From a virus: 64,000 bases of DNA. The stretch is taken from positions 96,001-160,000 of IMG/VR virus record IMGVR_UViG_3300045988_120991; one strand, written 5' to 3'. Shown in pieces: positions 17,122-23,446 of this stretch. Under the pieces are notes generated by a model. The model was given only the letters and a program-made list of their open reading frames with translations. It was not told the DNA's origin and did not search any database. Positions within the stretch are counted from its first letter, which is position 1. Each line of letters opens with the position of its first letter. The position numbers and the translations under genes are program-made.

Positions 17122-18241
17122 ATGTTCTTAACCTTTCAATAAGTTTTTTTAGAATTTTAGCAATGTCAGAAATATCATGCTGATTCAATGTTTCGTCCAA
17201 TGTAATACGAATCGTGCTTAAAGCTTCTGCATCTGTAAGTCCAATAGCTTTTAACGTGCTACTTGGCACAGTCTCCCCACTACTACAAGCAGAACCCGCA
17301 GAGATATAAATCCCACACATACTTGCTAGAGTCACAAGGTCACTAGCTTTTACTCCATCAATACGAACAGAAATATTATTGCACAGACGATTAGTATCAA
17401 GTTCTGGACCATTTAGATGTACTCCAGGAATTTCAAGAATTTTCTTTGCAAGTTCATCCCTATTAAATCTAGTACAAATGTTTGTATAGTCGTGTAACGT
17501 TCCTCTATTAATCTCTAGTGCTTTACCCATAGCTGCTATTGCAGGAGTATTTTCAGTTCCTCCTCGTTTGTGTAATTCTTGACTTCCATAAATAATCGGT
17601 GATAAATCAATTGTATCTTTGCAGTATAAAAATCCTGCACCTCTTCCACCTCTAAACTTCTGTGCTGAAATACTCATCATATCTATTCTAAGCTTATCAA
17701 CATCAATTCTTGATTCAGGGAAATATTGAACGGCATCCACATGTAATATACAATTATATTTATGCGTAATATATGAAATAGATTTAATATCTTGGAGTGT
17801 TCCAATTTCAGAGTTTGCATACTGAATACTAACAATAGAATTATTATGTTCTTTTATTGTATCTTCTAAAATATTTGCATCAATATTTCCAAATTCATCT
17901 ACTGGAATATAATGTACATTAGTAAATTTATGATGATTTAAAATTTCACTAATAGATTTATGCTCTAATTGTGTCGTTATAATAGTGTCAAAATTTGTTC
18001 CACAAAGTGCTAAAGTGTTTGCCTCTACTCCACCACTTGTGAAAATTATTTCTTTAGGTTCACAATTAATGTCTGCTGCAATTTGATCTCTTACATTTTC
18101 AATTATATTTTTAGCATCTTGCCCCATCTCATGAGTCGAAGATGGGTTGCCATAATGATTATACATTACATCGGCAACCACATCTACAACTTCTTTGTAT
18201 GGTTGAGTAGTAGATGCGCAATCTAAAAAGTATTTCTTCAT
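17117..18241 (-). CDS. cysteine desulfurase (class V aminotransferase, NifS/IscS-like)
   Basis: The PLP-lysine region is SISAQKFRGGRGAGFLY and the active-site loop is SAGSACSSG. Confidence 0.85.
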   Translation of the reverse strand: MKKYFLDCASTTQPYKEVVDVVADVMYNHYGNPSSTHEMGQDAKNIIENVRDQIAADINCEPKEIIFTSGGVEANTLALCGTNFDTIITTQLEHKSISEILNHHKFTNVHYIPVDEFGNIDANILEDTIKEHNNSIVSIQYANSEIGTLQDIKSISYITHKYNCILHVDAVQYFPESRIDVDKLRIDMMSISAQKFRGGRGAGFLYCKDTIDLSPIIYGSQELHKRGGTENTPAIAAMGKALEINRGTLHDYTNICTRFNRDELAKKILEIPGVHLNGPELDTNRLCNNISVRIDGVKASDLVTLASMCGIYISAGSACSSGETVPSSTLKAIGLTDAEALSTIRITLDETLNQHDISDIAKILKKLIERLRTS

Positions 18242-18244
18242 TGT

Positions 18245-18673
18245 CTACTCCTCAAATTCAATTTTCTCCTGGTGCCCATTACGAACCTCTGTGTACAGAT
18301 ACTTACTAGCAGCATAATCATTGTGAAAGTGCGCCCACTTATAAGCATCAAACATTGAATCGAAATCTACATCGTATCCGTAATAAATTGTATAGAAAGA
18401 TGTGTCGTCTCTATATCTTCCAATCATTACAAGTACATTATCCTCGTTCTGCAAAACGTTTCCAAGATACTTATGTGGGATTTCATAGATATTGTTAAGA
18501 ACATCCTCCACAATATCATAATCTACTGTAGTAACATTCTTTGTGATAAGAACTGTATTATTGTTACATTTGCAAACTGCATGGTAATACTTTAACCCCT
18601 TTATCTTATTCTCTGTGAACTCAGCAGATACTACCTCAAGCATTGCCCCTGAAACATCATATAATGTGCTCAT
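18245..18673 (-). CDS. hypothetical protein (142 aa)
   Basis: I trimmed the track ORF to ATG 18673 (GAGGAGGTTAGAC upstream). Confidence 0.55.
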   Translation of the reverse strand: MSTLYDVSGAMLEVVSAEFTENKIKGLKYYHAVCKCNNNTVLITKNVTTVDYDIVEDVLNNIYEIPHKYLGNVLQNEDNVLVMIGRYRDDTSFYTIYYGYDVDFDSMFDAYKWAHFHNDYAASKYLYTEVRNGHQEKIEFEE

Positions 18674-18688
18674 GTCTAACCTCCTCAA

Positions 18689-18733
18689 TTAATTTTGTAT
18701 TATAATTATAACGCAAATTTCTCATTTGTCAAG
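18689..18733 (-). promoter_or_regulatory. sigma-70-type promoter with conserved downstream box
   Basis: The minus strand reads CTTGACAAATGAGAAATTTGCGTTATAATTATAATACAAAATTAATTGAGGAGG. Confidence 0.75.
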
Positions 18734-18777
18734 TGCATTTTAGAAAAATAGCCACCTTTTTACAGGCGGCTTATTTT

Positions 18778-20007
18778 TTACATATAAATTGGATGTAGTT
18801 CGCATAGTTGACGAGCTATATCGGAGATATATTTCTTATTGCCATCGAAGTCTTTGATGGCCAACGAAATAAGTCCCGCCACATTTCTTGCGTCAAACTT
18901 ATCAAAGCCACGTGTAGTAATTGCGGGAGTCCCAATACGAAGACCACTAGTTACAAATGTGGATAGAGGGTCGTTAGGAATTGAATTTTTATTCGTTGTA
19001 ATGTTTACACTATCGAGCTTCTCCTGTAATTCTTTGCCAGTAATTCCTGTGTCTCTAAGGTCTAGAATCATTAGATGATTATCTGTTCCACCAGAAATAA
19101 GCTTAATGCCGTTTGTTTTAAATACACTTGCCATAGCCTTTGCATTATTAATAACATTATTCTGATATTCTGCAAATTCTGTCTTCAGTGCTTCACCAAA
19201 ACATACTGCCTTTGCTGCAATTATATGTTCTAGTGGACCGCCCTGAGTACCAGGAAATACTGCCGAATCAATCTTCTTTGCAAGTTTACTCTTGCACAAA
19301 ATAACTGCACCACGAGGGCCTCTCATGGATTTATGAGTCGTAAATGTGCAAACATCAGCATAAGGGACAGGACTTGGATGTACACCTCCTGCTACAAGTC
19401 CAGCAATATGCGCCATGTCTACAAAGAGATAAGCGCCTACTTCATCTGCAATTTCACGGAACTTTGCAAAATCAATGATACGCGGATATGCAGAAGCTCC
19501 TGCCAAAATCATCTTAGGCTTGTTATTTAGTGCAAGGTCCCTCACATTATCATAGTCAATAAAGCCATTTTCGCCTACTCCATAACGAACTACGTTAAAG
19601 TACTTGCCAGAAATGTTGAATGGTGCTCCGTGACTGAGATGCCCACCAGCAGAAAGATCCATGGACAGAACGGTATCACCAGGGGATAATAGTGCATAAA
19701 ATACTGCCAAATTTGCGCTTGCTCCTGAATGCGGCTGCACGTTTGCATGTTCTGCTCCAAATAGCTTTTTACAACGTTCAATTGCAAGAAGTTCTACTTC
19801 ATCAATATACTGACATCCACCATAGTATCTCGCATGAGGCTTTCCTTCTGCGTATTTATTGGTTAGAACAGATGACATTGCGTCAAGAACTGCTGGAGAC
19901 ACAATGTTTTCTGATGCAATAAGTTCGATTGTACCACGCTGCCTGTTAAGTTCTTTCAAACAAATATCGTATACTTCTACATCTTGCTTTTTTAGGTTGT
20001 CTAGCAT
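18778..20007 (-). CDS. glyA: serine hydroxymethyltransferase
   Basis: It shows full-length SHMT similarity, including the PLP-lysine motif [12 protein letters not shown] moved the start to ATG 20007 (AAGGAG 8 nt upstream); the track start at 20016 is GTG. Confidence 0.95.
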   Translation of the reverse strand: MLDNLKKQDVEVYDICLKELNRQRGTIELIASENIVSPAVLDAMSSVLTNKYAEGKPHARYYGGCQYIDEVELLAIERCKKLFGAEHANVQPHSGASANLAVFYALLSPGDTVLSMDLSAGGHLSHGAPFNISGKYFNVVRYGVGENGFIDYDNVRDLALNNKPKMILAGASAYPRIIDFAKFREIADEVGAYLFVDMAHIAGLVAGGVHPSPVPYADVCTFTTHKSMRGPRGAVILCKSKLAKKIDSAVFPGTQGGPLEHIIAAKAVCFGEALKTEFAEYQNNVINNAKAMASVFKTNGIKLISGGTDNHLMILDLRDTGITGKELQEKLDSVNITTNKNSIPNDPLSTFVTSGLRIGTPAITTRGFDKFDARNVAGLISLAIKDFDGNKKYISDIARQLCELHPIYM

Positions 20008-20025
20008 TATATTCACTCCTTACTT

Positions 20026-20052
20026 AAAAATAGGGGAGACTTTCGTCTCCCC
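20026..20052 (-). terminator. rho-independent terminator closing the tRNA operon
   Basis: The minus strand reads GGGGAGAC-GAAA-GTCTCCCC followed by TATTTTT. Confidence 0.7.
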
Positions 20053-20055
20053 TTA

Positions 20056-20131
20056 TGGAGCACGTGACGAGGCTTGAACTCGCAACAGCCAGATTGGAAA
20101 TCTGGAACTCTACCAATTGAGCTACACGTGC
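20056..20131 (-). tRNA. tRNA-Gly(UCC)
   Basis: Acceptor GCACGTG/CACGTGC, anticodon loop TTTCCAA, T-arm GCGAG-TTCAAGC-CTCGT, CCA encoded. Confidence 0.9.
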
Positions 20132-20136
20132 ATTTG

Positions 20137-20213
20137 TGGTACACCTTGAAGGACTCAAACCTTCGACCTTCTGATCCGTAGTCAGACGTTCTATTCAACT
20201 GAACTAAAGGTGC
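20137..20213 (-). tRNA. tRNA-Arg(ACG)
   Basis: Acceptor GCACCTT/AAGGTGT, anticodon loop CTACGGA, T-arm GAAGG-TTTGAGT-CCTTC, CCA encoded. Confidence 0.9.
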
Positions 20214-20218
20214 ATATA

Positions 20219-20293
20219 TGGTGCCCGTGGAGAGATTCGAACTCTCGACTCACGGCTTAAAAGGCCGTTACTCTACCACTGAGTTACACGAGC
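20219..20293 (-). tRNA. tRNA-Lys(UUU)
   Basis: Acceptor GCTCGTG/CACGGGC, anticodon loop CTTTTAA, T-arm GAGAG-TTCGAAT-CTCTC, CCA encoded. Confidence 0.9.
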
Positions 20294-20296
20294 ATA

Positions 20297-20373
20297 TGGT
20301 CGGAGTGCAGGGGCTTGAACCCTGGGCCTCTAGATCCCAAATCTAGCGCTCTACCAAACTGAGCTACACCCCG
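20297..20373 (-). tRNA. tRNA-Pro(UGG)
   Basis: Acceptor CGGGGTG/CACTCCG, anticodon loop TTTGGGA, T-arm CAGGG-TTCAAGC-CCCTG, CCA encoded. Confidence 0.9.
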
Positions 20374-20378
20374 AAATG

Positions 20379-20455
20379 TGGCACCCCGTGTTGGACTCAA
20401 ACCAACGACACATGGCTTAGAAGGCCATTGCTCTGTTCAACTGAGCTAACGGGGC
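20379..20455 (-). tRNA. tRNA-Arg(UCU)
   Basis: Acceptor GCCCCGT/ACGGGGT, anticodon loop CTTCTAA, T-arm GTTGG-TTTGAGT-CCAAC, CCA encoded. Confidence 0.9.
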
Positions 20456-20460
20456 ATATA

Positions 20461-20555
20461 TGGCGCCGAGGGTGGGATTCGAACCCACGGGCCGAATATA
20501 AATCGGCACACAAGATTTCAAGTCTAGGCGCTTATGACCACTTGCGCACCTCGGC
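20461..20555 (-). tRNA. tRNA-Ser(UGA), type II
   Basis: Acceptor GCCGAGG/CCTCGGC, anticodon loop CTTGAAA, long variable arm GCCGA-TTTATAT-TCGGC, T-arm GTGGG-TTCGAAT-CCCAC, G73, CCA encoded. Confidence 0.85.
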
Positions 20556-20668
20556 ATATTAACTTTGTAATCCCAAACTCCTCCACACAGATTACTGGGC
20601 ACCCCTTACCTCGAATGCTAGTTAGTAGCAACAAACGTTTGTGCCGTTTCCACAAATAAAGATACACC

Positions 20669-20863
20669 TCACTGCGTATTAACCTCTGTATATTCAGTAC
20701 TAGATAAGGTAATCATTCTTTCGCATCCGTCCTGTGGACAAAAAATATTTGCAACCCCAAGATTATTTATTCCGTCAGACGGATTAAATGCAAATTCACA
20801 ACCACAATAAGGGCAGATTGCCTTATAGGTCTTAACTTTGCCTCCCTTGATAATATACTTCAT
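20669..20863 (-). CDS. small zinc-ribbon protein (64 aa) inside the tRNA operon
   Basis: ATG 20863 follows GAGGTGTTATT. It contains CPYCGC...CPQDGC. Confidence 0.55.
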   Translation of the reverse strand: MKYIIKGGKVKTYKAICPYCGCEFAFNPSDGINNLGVANIFCPQDGCERMITLSSTEYTEVNTQ

Positions 20864-20874
20864 AATAACACCTC

Positions 20875-20994
20875 TTAATTAAACTTGTTCAACTGCCGCT
20901 TAACTTTACGGATAAGGCCCTCGTTCATAGTCTCGCCTCGTGCCAAAAGCTTTGCTAGACGATTTTCATAATGTTCCTTAGTGCGAAAGTTCAT
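20875..20994 (-). CDS. small basic protein (39 aa), not in track
   Basis: ATG 20994 follows TTTAGGAGGTACATATT. The translation is MNFRTKEHYENRLAKLLARGETMNEGLIRKVKRQLNKFN. Confidence 0.45.
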   Translation of the reverse strand: MNFRTKEHYENRLAKLLARGETMNEGLIRKVKRQLNKFN

Positions 20995-21020
20995 AATATG
21001 TACCTCCTAAAATTTTTGTA

Positions 21021-21143
21021 TGGCAGGGGTAGTAGGGTTCGAACCTACGATGCGGGAGTCTGGTCAAGGTAGTTGGTACTGCCCCAACTAAATTCACTTG
21101 AATACCTTGAAAGTCCCGTGCCTTACCACTTGGCTATACCCCT
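21021..21143 (-). tRNA. tRNA-Gln(UUG) interrupted by a 49-nt insert in the anticodon loop
   Basis: The structure is AGGGGTA-TA-GCCAAGTGGTAAGGC-A-CGGGA-[CTTT|49 nt|GAC]-TCCCG-CATC-GTAGG-TTCGAAC-CCTAC-TACCCCT-G-CCA. The Gln-like D-arm, weak 1:72 pair and G73 support the Gln assignment. Confidence 0.7.
21061..21109 (-). other. 49-nt intervening sequence in tRNA-Gln
   Basis: The sequence is CAAGGTATTCAAGTGAATTTAGTTGGGGCAGTACCAACTACCTTGACCA. It forms the P1 helix TCAAGGTA/TACCTTGA, the hairpin GTTGG-GGCAGTA-CCAAC and an 11-nt tail ending GACCA. Confidence 0.65.
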
Positions 21144-21146
21144 ATA

Positions 21147-21221
21147 TGGTGGATCTGACGTGACTCGAACACGCAACTTCTTCCTTGCAAGGGAAGCTTT
21201 CTCCCATTGAAATACAGACCC
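21147..21221 (-). tRNA. tRNA-Ala(UGC)
   Basis: Acceptor GGGTCTG/CAGATCC with G3:U70, anticodon loop CTTGCAA, T-arm GCGTG-TTCGAGT-CACGT, CCA encoded. Confidence 0.9.
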
Positions 21222-21383
21222 AGATTTTATGAGATAGCTACACTATGTATACCTAATGTAGCTATTAGGTTTTCTAACTCCTCACCTCAAACCATTTTTA
21301 TCTGTCTCTCCTCTTAGCCAATCAGATTTGAGTGACTTGAACGGACCGCCGTCCTCACATTGATAAAATAGTAAAATCAACAA

Positions 21384-21474
21384 TGGCGCGATAGGAAGGC
21401 TTCGAACCTTCGCACGGCTTTCACCGCCTAGCAGATTAGCAATCTACCCTCTTCAACCACTTGAGTACTACCGC
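21384..21474 (-). tRNA. tRNA-Ser(GCU), type II
   Basis: Acceptor GCGGTAG/CTATCGC, anticodon loop TTGCTAA, long variable arm, T-arm GAAGG-TTCGAAG-CCTTC, G73, CCA encoded. Confidence 0.85.
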
Positions 21475-21477
21475 ATA

Positions 21478-21681
21478 TTAATCTAATGTTCTTCCAGTTG
21501 CTAATTCAAAAATTAAATTATCAACACAGGGAATGTGCATTGCCTCTATCTCATATTGAGTACGATGTTCAATGTCATTAATATAGATAGGACAATCTTT
21601 ACATTCTACATTTTCACAAAAACGAACAGCTTTTTCTACTATTTTAGAATTCGCAAATTTTATATATTCTTCCCAACGCAT
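21478..21681 (-). CDS. hypothetical Cys-containing protein (67 aa) inside the tRNA operon
   Basis: I trimmed the track ORF to ATG 21681 (GGAGGATTTT upstream). Confidence 0.5.
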   Translation of the reverse strand: MRWEEYIKFANSKIVEKAVRFCENVECKDCPIYINDIEHRTQYEIEAMHIPCVDNLIFELATGRTLD

Positions 21682-21701
21682 AAAATCCTCCATAAAACGA
21701 G

Positions 21702-21730
21702 CAGTTTATACAGTGATACTCAGCACTATC
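21702..21730 (-). repeat. 29-nt repeat copy 1 (CAGTTTATACAGTGATNNNCAGCACTNTC on the plus strand)
   Basis: It matches 22095..22123 at roughly 25 of 29 positions by eye. Both copies lie just 3' of a tRNA on the minus strand. Confidence 0.6.
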
Positions 21731-21753
21731 CCACGGTCCCAATCGAGCTTTTC

Positions 21754-21828
21754 TGGAGCTGATGGAGAATTTCGAAATCTCGACCTAGTGATTACAAATC
21801 ACTCGCTCTGCCTCTGAGCTACACCAGC
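21754..21828 (-). tRNA. tRNA-Thr(UGU)
   Basis: Acceptor GCTGGTG/CATCAGC, anticodon loop TTTGTAA, T-arm GAGAT-TTCGAAA-TTCTC (one mismatch), CCA encoded. Confidence 0.85.
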
Positions 21829-21935
21829 AGATCTCCTCGTCTTTCCGAGGTGTCAATCGCACTTTTACATTAATAATCTTAAATTATTCTTTAATAGGAA
21901 GATGACGCCAATCTTGTGTGATTACCTTTTATGTG

Positions 21936-22004
21936 AGGTCTTAATTGGAATCGAACCAACACCTGCCCCACCACGGGGCCGATCTACCATTGAACTATAA
22001 GACC
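21936..22004 (-). tRNA. atypical tRNA, probably His(GUG); short anticodon loop and no encoded CCA
   Basis: The structure is GGTCTTA-TA-GTTC-AATGGTA-GATC-G-GCCCC-GTGGT-GGGGC-AGGT-GTTGG-TTCGATT-CCAAT-TAAGACC-T. The GTG is central in a 5-nt loop (or a 7-nt loop if the closing pair opens). Positions -1 (A) and 73 (U) could pair. Confidence 0.5.
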
Positions 22005-22006
22005 TA

Positions 22007-22083
22007 TGGTGACGCTACCGGGGATCGAACCCGGACACTCCACGGTGAAAGCGTGGTAACTCTACCAATTCGTCCATAGCGCC
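22007..22083 (-). tRNA. tRNA-Glu(UUC)
   Basis: Acceptor GGCGCTA/TAGCGTC, anticodon arm CCACG-CTTTCAC-CGTGG, T-arm CCGGG-TTCGATC-CCCGG, CCA encoded. Confidence 0.85.
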
Positions 22084-22094
22084 ATATCTTTGGA

Positions 22095-22123
22095 CAGTTT
22101 ATACAGTGATGTCCAGCACTGTC
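22095..22123 (-). repeat. 29-nt repeat copy 2
   Basis: See 21702..21730. The minus strand can fold as ACAGTG-CTGGACAT-CACTGT. Confidence 0.6.
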
Positions 22124-22134
22124 ACTTTTGGGAG

Positions 22135-22219
22135 TGGTAGCGGTGGTGGGCTACGATCCCACACGTCATAAGACATTGGTTTTTGAGACCAACCTGTCTG
22201 CCTGTTCCAGCACACCGCC
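22135..22219 (-). tRNA. tRNA-Leu(CAA), type II
   Basis: Acceptor GGCGGTG/CACCGCT, Leu-type D-loop GGAACAGGCAGAC, anticodon arm TTGGT-CTCAAAA-ACCAA, T-arm GTGGG-ATCGTAG-CCCAC, A73, CCA encoded. Confidence 0.8.
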
Positions 22220-22426
22220 ATATTAAGCACAACCTACATAGAGCTAGCCTCGCTCACACTTGCTTTCCCGAACACTTCCCACCCTCGGTTATGCTTTGTT
22301 ATTGTTTATCCTATTTTCACAATAACATATGCCTCGTTCTCTTCTCGTTACTATGGGTTAGTAACTTAGTAGCTTTTCTCTTGTGGATAGCACTTATCAA
22401 TACACCGAGAACCCCAATAGGCGGCA

Positions 22427-22502
22427 TGGTTGCGAAGTTCTGGAATCGAACCAGATTCTGATAGCTTATGAGACTACCTGAGATTCCTACCTCCCACTCG
22501 CA
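22427..22502 (-). tRNA. tRNA-Met-like (CAU) with imperfect acceptor stem
   Basis: Anticodon arm GTAGT-CTCATAA-GCTAT, T-arm TCTGG-TTCGATT-CCAGA, 3' end CTTCGCA-A-CCA. The acceptor pairs only if one C is bulged or two pairs are mismatched. Confidence 0.5.
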
Positions 22503-22586
22503 TTATCTAGCAGACTACAATGCCGTCTGCTAGGGCATTAGAAAGAGGTGATGCCTATAACCAAGGCTCTGAACTTGTCATTCAGA

Positions 22587-22736
22587 TGGTCCCCCACCGG
22601 TGGATTGAACACCGAACCTCCCGATTATTTGTCACTACAGTAAGTCCTGCCCTTACATTACTGATTATCCTTCAGTGGTGTTGCTTTTACACTATGTAGT
22701 GAAGTCGGGTGCTCTAGCCAGTTGAGCTAGCAGGGG
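22587..22736 (-). tRNA. tRNA-Ile(UAU) interrupted by a 73-nt insert in the anticodon loop
   Basis: The structure is CCCCTGC-TA-GCTC-AACTGGCTA-GAGC-A-CCCGA-[CTT|73 nt|ATAA]-TCGGG-AGGTT-CGGTG-TTCAATC-CACCG-GTGGGGG-A-CCA. Confidence 0.65.
22629..22701 (-). other. 73-nt intervening sequence in tRNA-Ile
   Basis: The sequence is CACTACATAGTGTAAAAGCAACACCACTGAAGGATAATCAGTAATGTAAGGGCAGGACTTACTGTAGTGACAA. It forms the P1 helix TCACTACA/TGTAGTGA, the hairpin GTAAG-GGCAGGA-CTTAC and an 11-nt tail ending GACAA. Confidence 0.65.
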
Positions 22737-23034
22737 ACATATAATCCGGCTTTTACGGTACGCCCAATAAGATGGACACGCTTGAATTTCACAATTGCCA
22801 TCAAAGTGCCTGATGACTAACACCCAATATGAAGCCTTGATATCATTGCTTCTAAGTCGTTATTGGGAACAACAGATGGTAATGATAGCAAGCGAAGCCG
22901 CGCATGACTCCATTTCACAGTGCTTCATCAACTACTTTTGGCATTTCTAATTATTATCGGTGCAGGTAGCTAATCCTGTAACGGCTTATCCTCATTGATT
23001 ATCTCCTATGAAATTTGCACTACTTACTATCATT

Positions 23035-23119
23035 TGGTGGGCCAGGGTGGTGCCGACCCACCTACTCCCGAAGGAAACGGATTTACAGTCCGCCGCAGTT
23101 GCCGATTTGCTACTGACCC
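23035..23119 (-). tRNA. tRNA-Tyr(GUA), type II
   Basis: Acceptor GGGTCAG/CTGGCCC, anticodon arm GCGGA-CTGTAAA-TCCGT, variable arm TCC-TTCG-GGA, T-arm GGTGG-GTCGGCA-CCACC, CCA encoded. Confidence 0.8.
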
Positions 23120-23446
23120 ATATAGCTATACTTTTTAACTTGGGCAAGAAGTATAGTGAAACTTGCCAGACGATCAAACCTTCATCCACATGGGAGCCAC
23201 ACGCAGTTCGTCCGTAGTATGTGGTTTTAATGTTTGAGTTGGTTCGCTACACCAACTCCGACTGACTTGCAATCGCACTATTTTCTCTACAATTGGCCTT
23301 TGCACTACATTCGCACCCTAGTGCATTAACCTTCCTATATAGTGAACTTCCCTTTCATTTTCTGCTTCGAGAACCAATCGCTTGTTCTCTACTCCAAGAC
23401 TTTGGACGGGAGATGGGGCGGTAGTTTAATGACTTGCCAAGGTCGA

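Noticed and set aside
20556-20668. A palindrome GCAACAAACGTTTGTGCC after tRNA-Ser(UGA), considered as a possible terminator.
   Set aside because: No U-tract follows it on the transcribed (minus) strand, and the stem is interrupted. I do not consider it convincing.
21222-23446. Assigning the structured spacers to ROOL, GOLLD, tmRNA, RNase P or 6S RNA.
   Set aside because: I could not find any signature I can recall, such as a tmRNA tRNA-like end with a tag ORF or the RNase P GGAAAGTCC P4 element. Each spacer is also shorter than typical ROOL or GOLLD RNAs. This needs a covariance-model search, which I cannot run.
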